Below are positions 1 to 8,595 of a stretch of DNA of 31,024 nt, piece after piece. Below the pieces are notes generated by a model. The model did no database searches. It was not told where the DNA came from and saw only the letters and a list, made by a program, of their open reading frames with translations. The stretch lies in the NCBI RefSeq assembly GCF_003334305.1, contig NZ_QOWS01000035.1. The stretch is one strand, 5' to 3'. Every line of letters starts with the position of its first letter. Position 1 is the first letter of the stretch. The stretch comes from Escherichia coli. GTDB taxonomy: Bacteria; Pseudomonadota; Gammaproteobacteria; Enterobacterales; Enterobacteriaceae. A program made the position numbers and the translations under genes.

Positions 1-55
1 TTTTTCGTCTTGCGACGTTAAGAATCCGTATCTTCGAGTGCCCACACAGATTGTC

Positions 56-75
56 TGATAAATTGTTAAAGAGCA
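56..75 (-). promoter_or_regulatory. rRNA operon leader boxA antiterminator (NusB/NusE site), with boxB-like hairpin at about 81-104
   Basis: Minus strand reads TGCTCTTTAACAATTTATCA, the canonical rrn boxA. The surrounding leader matches the rrn leader as I recall it; the 16S gene would begin about 75 nt beyond position 1. Confidence 0.8.
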
Positions 76-113
76 GTTGCGACGCGCTTTAGCGCACTGT
101 CGCGAGGTGGCGT

Positions 114-141
114 ATATTACGCTTTCCTCTTTCAGAGTCAA
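114..141 (-). promoter_or_regulatory. rRNA operon P2 promoter
   Basis: Minus strand TTGACT (136-141) and TAATAT (114-119) separated by 16 nt, in the expected position between P1 and boxA. Confidence 0.75.
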
Positions 142-223
142 CCCTGAATTTCAGGATTTTTCTCTTCAACCGAACCGGCTGTTTGTGTGAAGTAATTCAC
201 ATCCGCCGTGTCGATGGAGGCGC

Positions 224-275
224 ATTATAGGGAGTTCTCCGCAGGCCGCAATAGAAAAATTGCAGAAAAATGACT
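224..275 (-). promoter_or_regulatory. rRNA operon P1 promoter with A/T-rich UP element (rrnE-like)
   Basis: Minus strand reads TTTTTCTGCAATTTTTCTATTGCGGCCTGCGGAGAACTCCCTATAATGCGCC: -35 TTGCGG, -10 TATAAT (224-229), GC-rich discriminator GCGCC, and an A/T tract upstream. Confidence 0.75.
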
Positions 276-422
276 GACTGCTGCATTCCCCAGCAAAACC
301 CCGCTTTATACCTTTTTACGCACAGAGTTATCCACAATCATCAATGTAATTTCTGTATTTTTCCCACGGTAACCACTGTCAAAATTGTGATCACCATTGA
401 AAGAGAAAAATTCGCGAGCGTT

Positions 423-438
423 GCGCAAACGTTTTCGT
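423..438. promoter_or_regulatory. PurR operator (Pur box) of purHD
   Basis: gcgcaaacgttttcgt matches the PurR consensus ACGCAAACGTTTTCNT, about 110 bp upstream of the purH ATG. Confidence 0.8.
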
Positions 439-545
439 TACAATGCGGGCGAAAAATAAGGATGCCCCGTTAGGGGCGTTAGCTGAGTTTTTCGCGAAAA
501 ATTCAGCTAACGCTCTCTGTAATAGTCAAATCCAGGGGATTTACC

Positions 546-2135
546 ATGCAACAACGTCGTCCAGTCCGCCGCGCTCTGCTCAGTGTTTCTGACAAAGCCG
601 GTATCGTCGAATTCGCCCAGGCACTTTCCGCACGCGGTGTGGAGCTGCTGTCTACAGGGGGCACTGCCCGTCTGTTAGCAGAAAAAGGTCTGCCGGTAAC
701 CGAAGTTTCCGATTACACCGGTTTCCCGGAGATGATGGATGGACGCGTGAAGACCCTGCATCCGAAAGTACATGGTGGCATTCTGGGCCGTCGCGGCCAG
801 GACGATGCCATTATGGAAGAACATCAGATCCAGCCTATCGATATGGTGGTTGTTAACCTGTATCCGTTCGCCCAGACCGTGGCCCGTGAAGGTTGCTCGC
901 TGGAAGATGCGGTTGAGAACATCGATATCGGCGGCCCGACCATGGTGCGCTCCGCCGCTAAGAACCATAAAGATGTCGCAATCGTGGTGAAGAGCAGCGA
1001 CTACGACGCCATTATTAAAGAGATGGATGACAACGAAGGATCGCTGACGCTTGCAACCCGTTTCGACCTCGCCATCAAAGCCTTCGAACACACTGCCGCC
1101 TACGACAGCATGATTGCCAACTACTTCGGCAGCATGGTTCCGGCGTACCACGGTGAAAGCAAAGAAGCCGCCGGTCGCTTCCCACGCACGCTGAACCTGA
1201 ACTTCATTAAGAAGCAGGATATGCGTTACGGCGAGAACAGCCACCAGCAGGCTGCCTTCTATATAGAAGAGAATGTGAAAGAAGCCTCCGTTGCTACCGC
1301 AACCCAGGTTCAGGGTAAAGCCCTCTCTTATAACAACATCGCCGATACCGATGCGGCGCTGGAGTGCGTGAAAGAGTTCGCCGAGCCGGCATGTGTGATT
1401 GTGAAGCACGCCAACCCTTGCGGTGTAGCTATCGGCAATTCCATTCTTGATGCTTACGATCGCGCGTACAAAACCGACCCAACCTCCGCATTCGGCGGCA
1501 TCATTGCCTTTAACCGCGAGCTAGATGCGGAAACCGCACAGGCCATCATTTCTCGTCAGTTTGTCGAAGTGATTATTGCGCCTTCCGCCAGCGAAGAAGC
1601 CCTGAAAATCACCGCCGCCAAGCAGAACGTACGCGTTCTGACCTGCGGTCAGTGGGGCGAGCGTGTTCCGGGTCTTGATTTCAAACGCGTGAACGGCGGT
1701 CTGCTGGTTCAGGATCGTGACCTGGGGATGGTCGGTGCGGAAGAACTGCGCGTCGTCACCCAACGTCAGCCGACCGAACAGGAACTGCGCGATGCGCTGT
1801 TCTGCTGGAAAGTGGCGAAGTTCGTGAAATCCAATGCTATCGTCTATGCCAAAAACAATATGACCATCGGTATTGGCGCGGGCCAGATGAGCCGCGTGTA
1901 CTCCGCGAAAATCGCCGGTATTAAAGCTGCCGATGAAGGCCTGGAAGTGAAAGGTTCCTCGATGGCTTCTGACGCGTTCTTCCCGTTCCGCGACGGTATT
2001 GATGCCGCCGCCGCTGCGGGCGTGACCTGCGTAATCCAGCCTGGCGGTTCCATCCGTGATGACGAAGTGATTGCCGCCGCCGACGAGCACGGTATTGCGA
2101 TGCTCTTCACCGACATGCGCCACTTCCGCCATTAA
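546..2135 (+). CDS. purH: bifunctional AICAR transformylase / IMP cyclohydrolase
   Basis: 529-aa ORF whose translation I recognise as PurH. SD aggggat precedes the ATG; Pur box upstream; purD follows 11 nt downstream. Confidence 0.96.
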   Translation: MQQRRPVRRALLSVSDKAGIVEFAQALSARGVELLSTGGTARLLAEKGLPVTEVSDYTGFPEMMDGRVKTLHPKVHGGILGRRGQDDAIMEEHQIQPIDMVVVNLYPFAQTVAREGCSLEDAVENIDIGGPTMVRSAAKNHKDVAIVVKSSDYDAIIKEMDDNEGSLTLATRFDLAIKAFEHTAAYDSMIANYFGSMVPAYHGESKEAAGRFPRTLNLNFIKKQDMRYGENSHQQAAFYIEENVKEASVATATQVQGKALSYNNIADTDAALECVKEFAEPACVIVKHANPCGVAIGNSILDAYDRAYKTDPTSAFGGIIAFNRELDAETAQAIISRQFVEVIIAPSASEEALKITAAKQNVRVLTCGQWGERVPGLDFKRVNGGLLVQDRDLGMVGAEELRVVTQRQPTEQELRDALFCWKVAKFVKSNAIVYAKNNMTIGIGAGQMSRVYSAKIAGIKAADEGLEVKGSSMASDAFFPFRDGIDAAAAAGVTCVIQPGGSIRDDEVIAAADEHGIAMLFTDMRHFRH

Positions 2136-2146
2136 TGGAGCAATAG

Positions 2147-3436
2147 ATGAAAGTATTAGTGATTGGTAACGGCGGGCGCGAGCACGCGCTGGCCTGGAAA
2201 GCGGCCCAGTCGCCGCTGGTTGAGACTGTTTTTGTTGCTCCGGGTAATGCAGGCACTGCACTGGAACCCGCGCTGCAAAACGTTGCTATTGGCGTGACCG
2301 ATATCCCGGCGCTGTTGGATTTCGCACAAAACGAAAAGATTGATCTGACCATCGTCGGCCCGGAAGCGCCGCTGGTGAAAGGCGTGGTCGATACCTTCCG
2401 CGCCGCCGGGCTGAAAATCTTCGGCCCAACCGCAGGTGCGGCCCAACTGGAAGGCTCAAAAGCGTTTACCAAAGATTTCCTGGCCCGCCATAAGATCCCT
2501 ACGGCGGAATACCAGAACTTCACCGAGGTAGAACCTGCGCTGGCGTATCTGCGTGAGAAAGGCGCGCCAATCGTCATTAAAGCGGACGGTCTGGCTGCCG
2601 GGAAAGGCGTTATCGTGGCGATGACGCTGGAAGAAGCGGAAGCGGCTGTTCACGATATGCTGGCGGGCAACGCTTTTGGCGACGCGGGTCATCGCATCGT
2701 TATCGAAGAGTTCCTCGATGGCGAAGAAGCGAGCTTTATCGTGATGGTAGACGGCGAGCATGTGCTGCCGATGGCCACCAGCCAGGATCACAAACGCGTA
2801 GGCGATAAAGATACCGGACCAAACACGGGCGGGATGGGCGCTTACTCCCCCGCGCCGGTAGTAACCGATGAAGTTCATCAGCGCACCATGGAACGTATCA
2901 TCTGGCCAACCGTGAAAGGCATGGCGGCGGAAGGCAACACCTACACCGGTTTTCTCTACGCGGGCCTGATGATCGACAAACAGGGCAATCCGAAGGTTAT
3001 CGAATTTAACTGCCGCTTTGGCGATCCAGAAACCCAGCCGATTATGCTGCGCATGAAGTCCGATCTGGTTGAGCTCTGCCTGGCGGCCTGTGAAGGCAAA
3101 CTGGACGAGAAAACGTCAGAGTGGGATGAACGCGCTTCTCTCGGCGTGGTGATGGCTGCGGGTGGATATCCGGGTGATTACCGCACCGGTGACGTGATCC
3201 ACGGCCTGCCGCTGGAAGAAGTGGCAGGCGGCAAAGTGTTCCACGCGGGCACGAAACTGGCGGATAACGAGCAGGTAGTGACCAGCGGCGGGCGCGTACT
3301 GTGCGTCACCGCGCTGGGTCATACCGTGGCAGAAGCGCAGAAACGCGCTTATGCCTTAATGACCGATATTCACTGGGACGACTGCTTCTGCCGGAAAGAT
3401 ATCGGCTGGCGCGCTATCGAACGCGAGCAGAACTAA
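2147..3436 (+). CDS. purD: phosphoribosylamine-glycine ligase (GAR synthetase)
   Basis: 429-aa ORF with ATP-grasp-type sequence, recognised as PurD; forms an operon with purH. Confidence 0.96.
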   Translation: MKVLVIGNGGREHALAWKAAQSPLVETVFVAPGNAGTALEPALQNVAIGVTDIPALLDFAQNEKIDLTIVGPEAPLVKGVVDTFRAAGLKIFGPTAGAAQLEGSKAFTKDFLARHKIPTAEYQNFTEVEPALAYLREKGAPIVIKADGLAAGKGVIVAMTLEEAEAAVHDMLAGNAFGDAGHRIVIEEFLDGEEASFIVMVDGEHVLPMATSQDHKRVGDKDTGPNTGGMGAYSPAPVVTDEVHQRTMERIIWPTVKGMAAEGNTYTGFLYAGLMIDKQGNPKVIEFNCRFGDPETQPIMLRMKSDLVELCLAACEGKLDEKTSEWDERASLGVVMAAGGYPGDYRTGDVIHGLPLEEVAGGKVFHAGTKLADNEQVVTSGGRVLCVTALGHTVAEAQKRAYALMTDIHWDDCFCRKDIGWRAIEREQN

Positions 3437-4758
3437 CGCGACAGTTTTGCCAATAGCGTTTTGCGCGTGATCCCTAACTGACGGGCGGCTTCGGTTTTGT
3501 TGCCGCCCGTTTTCTCCAGTGCCGCCAGAATCACTTCTTTTTCGACTTCCACCAGCGGCTGAATATCCTGACTTTGCCCCAGCGGGATCGGCGTACTGGC
3601 AATCGCCAGCGGCAGCTCGCGTTCGGAAATATATTCCCCGGTCAGCAGCACCACCGACCTTTCCACCGCGTTTTCCAGTTCACGAATGTTTCCCGGCCAG
3701 TCGTAGTGGATCAGCAAATCCATCGCCTGTGGCGTAAAGCCTTTTACCGCCTTGCGATTACGCTCGGCAAAACGCTGAAGAAAATGGCTAGCCAGCAGAG
3801 GGATATCCTCCCGCCGTTGCCGCAGCGATGGTACTTCAATCGCCACCACATTCAGGCGATAGTAGAGATCCTGGCGAAAACGCCCGGCATTCACCTCTGC
3901 GGCAAGATCGCGATGGGTCGCCGCAATCAGCCGGACATCAACCGAGATAGTCTGGTTGCTACCGACACGCTGAACTTCGCGCTCCTGAATCGCACGCAGC
4001 AGACGCACCTGCATCATCGGCGAGATATCGCCAATTTCATCGAGAAACAGCGTGCCGCCGTCCGCCTCAACAAAGCGCCCTTCCCGGCGTTTATCGGCTC
4101 CAGTAAACGCCCCTTTTTCGTGACCGAACAATTCAGATTCCAGTAAGGATTCGTTGAGTGCCGCACAGTTGAGCGTTACCAGCGGTTTTTCGCTACGTGC
4201 GCTACTGGCGTGAATCGCCCTGGCGACCAGCTCTTTACCGGTGCCGGAATCGCCGTGGATCAGTACCGTGGCTTCCGATGGCGCGACGAGGGCGATTTCA
4301 CTGAGCAGGTGTTGCATCGCCGGGCTTTTACCGACCATACCGAACTGGCTGGCAGTCACCGCAGGTGTTTCAGCATCAATACTGTGCGTATGCGCGAGCG
4401 CTTTTTCCAGCGTCGCCTGTAGGTTATCGAAATCCAGCGGCTTGATGAGATAATCCAGCGCCCCAGTTTTCAGTGCCTCTACCGCCGTCTCGACGCTGGA
4501 GTACGCAGTCATAATCAGCACCGGAATTGCCGGGTTTAACGCTTTGATCTCTTTCAGCGTGGCGATGCCGTCCATCTCCGCCATTCGCACATCGCAAAGC
4601 ACAAGATCAAAAACCTGTTCCCGCACCTGCTCCAGCGCCTGTCGCCCGCTGTTCGCCAGCGCGACGTTATAGCCCCAGCCGCGCAGTAAAGCCTGCAAAA
4701 TAGTGCAGTGGCTAATGTCATCATCCACCACCAGAATATCGATATTATCGTGCGTCAT
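3433..4758 (-). CDS. zraR: sigma-54-dependent two-component response regulator (NtrC family)
   Basis: 441 aa. Receiver domain (VVDDD...D...K), AAA+ sigma-54 activation domain with Walker A GDSGTGKE and GAFTGA motif, C-terminal HTH. Overlaps zraS by 4 nt. Confidence 0.95.
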   Translation of the reverse strand: MTHDNIDILVVDDDISHCTILQALLRGWGYNVALANSGRQALEQVREQVFDLVLCDVRMAEMDGIATLKEIKALNPAIPVLIMTAYSSVETAVEALKTGALDYLIKPLDFDNLQATLEKALAHTHSIDAETPAVTASQFGMVGKSPAMQHLLSEIALVAPSEATVLIHGDSGTGKELVARAIHASSARSEKPLVTLNCAALNESLLESELFGHEKGAFTGADKRREGRFVEADGGTLFLDEIGDISPMMQVRLLRAIQEREVQRVGSNQTISVDVRLIAATHRDLAAEVNAGRFRQDLYYRLNVVAIEVPSLRQRREDIPLLASHFLQRFAERNRKAVKGFTPQAMDLLIHYDWPGNIRELENAVERSVVLLTGEYISERELPLAIASTPIPLGQSQDIQPLVEVEKEVILAALEKTGGNKTEAARQLGITRKTLLAKLSR

Positions 4759-6131
4759 CCTTGTGGGTCCTTACGCGTAATATTGACCGGAAGCCAGAGG
4801 GTGAACGTTGAGCCTTTTCCCTCCTGGCTTGCGACCTGAATTGTACCACCGTGTTGTTCAACAATATTATGCACGACCGCCAGCCCCAATCCGGTGCCTT
4901 CGGCTTTGGTGGTGAAGTACGGAGTGAAGATGGCTTCAAGCTGATCTGCCGCAATTCCCTTACCGCTGTCGGTAACGCTGATTTTCACGCCCGCGCCGCT
5001 TTCGCTGACCGTCACGCTAATCACGCCATGCTGACCAATCGCCTGAATAGCATTGAGATAGAGATTCAACAGGACCTGAGTCAGCCTGTCCGGATCGGCC
5101 TGAATTTCCGGTAATGTGTCGTTGGCGGTAAAGCGTAACTGGATCTCCCGGCTGTTTGCATCCTGGCTTACCAGCTGTAATGAGTGGTTAATCAGCGTGT
5201 TGAGATCCACCGCCTGCAAAGCCAGATGCGTTGGCTTAACCAGTTCCAGCAACTCGCTTACCACGCGGTTTAAACGGTCGGCTTCTTTCGCCATCACCTG
5301 CGCCAATTGATGCGCTTCTCCCCCTGCTGGCGCGCGTTCGGCAAAGTATTTCGCCAGTCCTTTAATCGAGGAAAGTGGGTTACGGATTTCGTGGGCAACG
5401 CCTGCCGCAAGATGCCCCAGCGCCACCAGCTTCTCTTTGCGCTTCATTTCATCTTGTAGAAGCTGGCGCGAGCGCAGATAGCGGCGATACCAGAAGAATG
5501 ACAATACGCTTGCCAGCAAGACCGTCGCCAGGGCGAAGAGGATAATCAGGGTGTTTCTCTGCTCACGATCTTCGGCACTCACAATATTACTGGCGTCGAA
5601 AGCGATGAAAATTGCTTGTGGTGTTGCGGCATACTGCTGCATATGGCGCATCCGGTGCATTCCAGCAGCAAACATCGGTTGAAACTGGCGATAAATTTCC
5701 AGAACAGGCTCGCCGTCTGCGCTATCGATCCGCCGCCACGCTTCTTCATCTCCAGGATGTAACTGCTGCATTTCCTGCGGGGAATAAAGCTGTTTTCCCA
5801 CCATGCCGGAGTTGCTATGCATCACGATTGTTCCTTGTTCATCCGTGACCGCAAACCAACGTACTCCAGGCTGCCCGGCCATTTCTTCCAGTAAGGCCTG
5901 CTGCTGCGCATGATGCATGCGCATCCCCATGCCGACGCGCGAGCCGGATTCAAGAGCGCGAATAAGTACACTGCCTTTTTCCAGCAGCGTTTGTCTGGCG
6001 GCGGCAGTCTCGCGCCCATAATCGCGAATCACCGTCACCGCAAACAACCCTACCAGCCCAACAATGACCACGGGGAGGATCGCGCTTAACCATTTAGCTA
6101 AGGAGTCTTTAGAACGTTGCATAAAACGCAT
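4755..6131 (-). CDS. zraS: sensor histidine kinase
   Basis: 458 aa. Two transmembrane segments around a periplasmic domain, H-box (HEIRNPL) and HATPase motifs (DxGxG, GxGLGL). No in-frame start further upstream (stop 14 codons up). Confidence 0.93.
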   Translation of the reverse strand: MRFMQRSKDSLAKWLSAILPVVIVGLVGLFAVTVIRDYGRETAAARQTLLEKGSVLIRALESGSRVGMGMRMHHAQQQALLEEMAGQPGVRWFAVTDEQGTIVMHSNSGMVGKQLYSPQEMQQLHPGDEEAWRRIDSADGEPVLEIYRQFQPMFAAGMHRMRHMQQYAATPQAIFIAFDASNIVSAEDREQRNTLIILFALATVLLASVLSFFWYRRYLRSRQLLQDEMKRKEKLVALGHLAAGVAHEIRNPLSSIKGLAKYFAERAPAGGEAHQLAQVMAKEADRLNRVVSELLELVKPTHLALQAVDLNTLINHSLQLVSQDANSREIQLRFTANDTLPEIQADPDRLTQVLLNLYLNAIQAIGQHGVISVTVSESGAGVKISVTDSGKGIAADQLEAIFTPYFTTKAEGTGLGLAVVHNIVEQHGGTIQVASQEGKGSTFTLWLPVNITRKDPQG

Positions 6132-6162
6132 CTTCTTCTTTGCCTGCTCATCCCTTTCTGAC

Positions 6163-6178
6163 AGCAGAAATCATGCCA
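6163..6178 (-). promoter_or_regulatory. sigma-54 promoter for zraSR
   Basis: Minus strand TGGCAT-gattt-CTGCT with GG/GC spacing of 12, about 30 nt upstream of the zraS ATG. Confidence 0.6.
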
Positions 6179-6229
6179 TCTTTTATCAGCGCTTACCCTG
6201 CGCTGTAACACAAAGGCTTAAGTTTCAAT

Positions 6230-6275
6230 GAGTAAAAATGACTCGCTACCCGCAGCAGGCGAGTCATTTTTACTC
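6230..6275. promoter_or_regulatory. ZraR upstream activator site (perfect inverted repeat)
   Basis: gagtaaaaatgactcgc (6230-6246) and gcgagtcatttttactc (6259-6275) are exact reverse complements separated by 12 bp, lying between two divergent sigma-54 promoters. Confidence 0.75.
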
Positions 6276-6317
6276 GTTTATCATGCCAGATTACCCGTCA
6301 TATCAGCGTTTCATCGT

Positions 6318-6333
6318 TGGCACGGAAGATGCA
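6318..6333 (+). promoter_or_regulatory. sigma-54 promoter for zraP
   Basis: TGGCAC (6318-6323) and TGCA (6330-6333), GG-to-GC spacing 12, about 35 nt upstream of the zraP ATG. Confidence 0.7.
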
Positions 6334-6368
6334 ATACCCGAAGTAAGACAACCACTGGAGGATTAACC

Positions 6369-6794
6369 ATGAAACGGAACACGAAAATTGCCCTGGTAAT
6401 GATGGCGCTTTCAGCAATGGCGATGGGATCGACATCTGCATTTGCTCACGGCGGACACGGTATGTGGCAGCAAAATGCCGCGCCTTTGACCAGCGAACAA
6501 CAGACAGCGTGGCAGAAAATCCATAATGACTTTTACGCTCAAAGCAGCGCACTGCAACAGCAACTGGTGACGAAGCGTTATGAATACAATGCCCTGTTAG
6601 CCGCGAACCCACCGGATAGCAGCAAAATTAACGCGGTCGCCAAAGAGATGGAGAATTTGCGTCAGTCGTTAGATGAGTTACGGGTGAAACGAGATATCGC
6701 GATGGCTGAAGCGGGTATTCCGCGCGGAGCCGGAATGGGCATGGGCTACGGCGGCTGCGGTGGTGGCGGTCATATGGGTATGGGCCACTGGTAA
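6369..6794 (+). CDS. zraP: periplasmic zinc-responsive chaperone (CpxP-like), signal peptide, Gly/His/Met-rich C-terminus
   Basis: Internal ATG at 6369 preceded by SD ggagga at 6355-6360. Product starts MKRNTKIALVMMALSAMAMGSTSAFA (signal peptide). The ORF-track start at 6228 runs through the promoter/UAS and is rejected. Confidence 0.9.
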   Translation: MKRNTKIALVMMALSAMAMGSTSAFAHGGHGMWQQNAAPLTSEQQTAWQKIHNDFYAQSSALQQQLVTKRYEYNALLAANPPDSSKINAVAKEMENLRQSLDELRVKRDIAMAEAGIPRGAGMGMGYGGCGGGGHMGMGHW

Positions 6795-6795
6795 A

Positions 6796-7491
6796 TCAGA
6801 ACGTTTTCTCGTTGGGTTGCCAGCGACAGAAATCAGAGTTTGCCACTAACAGTAATTGCGAACCTTCGGGCGCTTCCAGCCATGCCACGCTGACATCAAC
6901 AGAAGAGCGGCTCTGGCGGCGCTCGATATGCGCTATCGCCTGCGAATCTAAATCAGGTTTAATGGTTTGCCCTTCGCAGGTGGTCACGGTCTGTTCCATC
7001 GCATGCCAGCGCCCCTGGCGCAGCACGACTCTCCCCTGACGTAAGGCATCGCTAATCTGGCGGATCTGATCAGCACGATAACGGTATAAATCGATTTGGT
7101 CGTTAGAAAGCTGCTGCTTTTCCCCATCGGATTCACGTTGCATAAAGCTCAGATCACCGCGATCGTCAAAACGCGCGCGAATGTTCACCGGCGGTTTGCT
7201 GTAAACATTGATATTGATGAGCGTGAGGTTATCGCCCTGCCAGCGATACTCTCGCGTCGTGGTATCGCCACTGCGCCACGGGCTAAACACGGCAAGCAGA
7301 TGCACATTATCGCCGCTGTCTTTTCGCCAGATGCGTACCGCGCCCTGGTCTTCAGCAAATCCACTGGCGGTAAAGGGAGGAAGTGAAGAGTTGTGACTAC
7401 AGGCAGTGAGAAACAGAGCGCCTGCCAGCATCAATGATCGACGCCAGAAAGACAAAAGGGGTGAAACCACCCCTTCGTTAAAACTGTTCAC
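6796..7491 (-). CDS. yjaH: putative lipoprotein of unknown function (YjaH-like)
   Basis: ORF with lipoprotein-type signal (WRRSLMLAGALFLTAC, lipobox LTAC). Start is uncertain: GTG at 7497 or 7491, or ATG at 7431. I chose 7491 because it gives 231 aa, the length I recall for YjaH; no clear SD at any candidate. Confidence 0.7.
   Translation of the reverse strand: MNSFNEGVVSPLLSFWRRSLMLAGALFLTACSHNSSLPPFTASGFAEDQGAVRIWRKDSGDNVHLLAVFSPWRSGDTTTREYRWQGDNLTLININVYSKPPVNIRARFDDRGDLSFMQRESDGEKQQLSNDQIDLYRYRADQIRQISDALRQGRVVLRQGRWHAMEQTVTTCEGQTIKPDLDSQAIAHIERRQSRSSVDVSVAWLEAPEGSQLLLVANSDFCRWQPNEKTF
7444..7476 (-). terminator. intrinsic terminator downstream of hupA
   Basis: Minus strand AGGGGTG-GUUU-CACCCCT hairpin followed by TTTTGTCTTTCT, about 30 nt after the hupA stop. 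Confidence 0.75.
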
Positions 7492-7503
7492 TGCCACGCA
7501 ATC

Positions 7504-7776
7504 TTACTTAACTGCGTCTTTCAGTGCCTTGCCAGAAACAAATGCCGGTACGTTAGCTGCGGCAATTTTGATTTCTTTACCGGTCTGCGGGTTGCGGCCA
7601 GTACGCTCAGCGCGGTGGTTCACTTTGAAGGTACCGAAACCAACCAGTTGTACAGCATCGCCTTCTTTCAGAGACTCAGTAATTGCAGCCAGAGTGGACT
7701 CCAGAGCAGCTTTAGCCTGGGTTTTGGACAGTTCTGCTTTCTCTGCAATTACATCAATCAGTTGAGTCTTGTTCAT
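7504..7776 (-). CDS. hupA: DNA-binding protein HU-alpha
   Basis: 90-aa [17 protein letters not shown]...[12 protein letters not shown], recognised as HU alpha. Confidence 0.97.
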
Positions 7777-7962
7777 AAGTTATCCTTACAATGTGTTTAT
7801 CGCTTGCTAAGCATCGAGTGCGACGGAAATGCCAGAATAGCACTCTCCTGCATACACGCACCGATAGCCACTTTTTTTCGCCCCCCAAATGTAGACCAGA
7901 CGGGGGGCGAAAGGGAAGACTCCAGGTACGACAAATCAGGCGTTAAATCACGTTTTCTGGTC

Positions 7963-8553
7963 TTATTGCTGAAAAATTATACCAATATTGCTCTCACCCG
8001 CCTCACGCAGGTCTGCCCTAAGGCCTTTTATCAGCTCGATATCGCGTTCTTCGCACTCAGCTAAAAGTCGGAATATTTCCCACTGAATGTCCCATTCTTG
8101 CTCTACAGCTGGGTTTTCTTTAAGCTCTTCATCGCTCATTTCGCGACCAGCCTGAGTCATTTCCAGCATCGCAACGGTCGTGATGGAGGTCTTACTCACT
8201 TCCACCGCGTGTTCGAGCGTTTCACCACTCAAACGCGAATGGACCAGTTCACTTAACGCCACGCAGGCATCGATTGCCGGATAAACGCCGTACAGATCGA
8301 AATCGTCGGCTGAAGGAATCGCTTCTTCAAATTTCTCCAGTTGGCTGTCGAAATTTACTTTTGCGTCTTTAACGGTCAGCGTTTCCCAGATGAGATCGAG
8401 AATACGACGGTAAATTTGCCCATCACCAAAACCGGTTTGCTGGCAGAACATGGCGTAATTGGGGTACATGCGTTCGCATAAGCAAGCCATGAAAGTGACA
8501 TGCTGCCAGCTTTCCAGGCGCTCCAGACGCAGATGAATTGGGTTTTGTAACAT
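7963..8553 (-). CDS. yjaG: DUF416-family protein of unknown function (YjaG-like)
   Basis: 196-aa ORF, last gene of the nudC-hemE-nfi-yjaG cluster on the same strand. Confidence 0.85.
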   Translation of the reverse strand: MLQNPIHLRLERLESWQHVTFMACLCERMYPNYAMFCQQTGFGDGQIYRRILDLIWETLTVKDAKVNFDSQLEKFEEAIPSADDFDLYGVYPAIDACVALSELVHSRLSGETLEHAVEVSKTSITTVAMLEMTQAGREMSDEELKENPAVEQEWDIQWEIFRLLAECEERDIELIKGLRADLREAGESNIGIIFQQ

Positions 8554-8595
8554 GTTGAGTTCTCAAATACGGAAATTATCCGCAGTTTACCTGAA

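Noticed and set aside
270-473. 67-aa ORF upstream of purH
   Set aside because: It lies across the rrn UP element/P1 region and the Pur box, and has no SD or recognisable fold; most likely non-coding promoter DNA.
6228-6368. N-terminal extension of zraP giving a 188-aa ORF
   Set aside because: The extension covers the ZraR inverted repeat and the sigma-54 promoter. The internal ATG at 6369 has a proper SD and yields a signal peptide at the N-terminus.
7879-7910. Calling the GC hairpin upstream of hupA an intrinsic terminator for yjaG
   Set aside because: The U-tract is on the wrong side in both orientations, so it is kept as an unexplained structure in the findings rather than annotated as a terminator.
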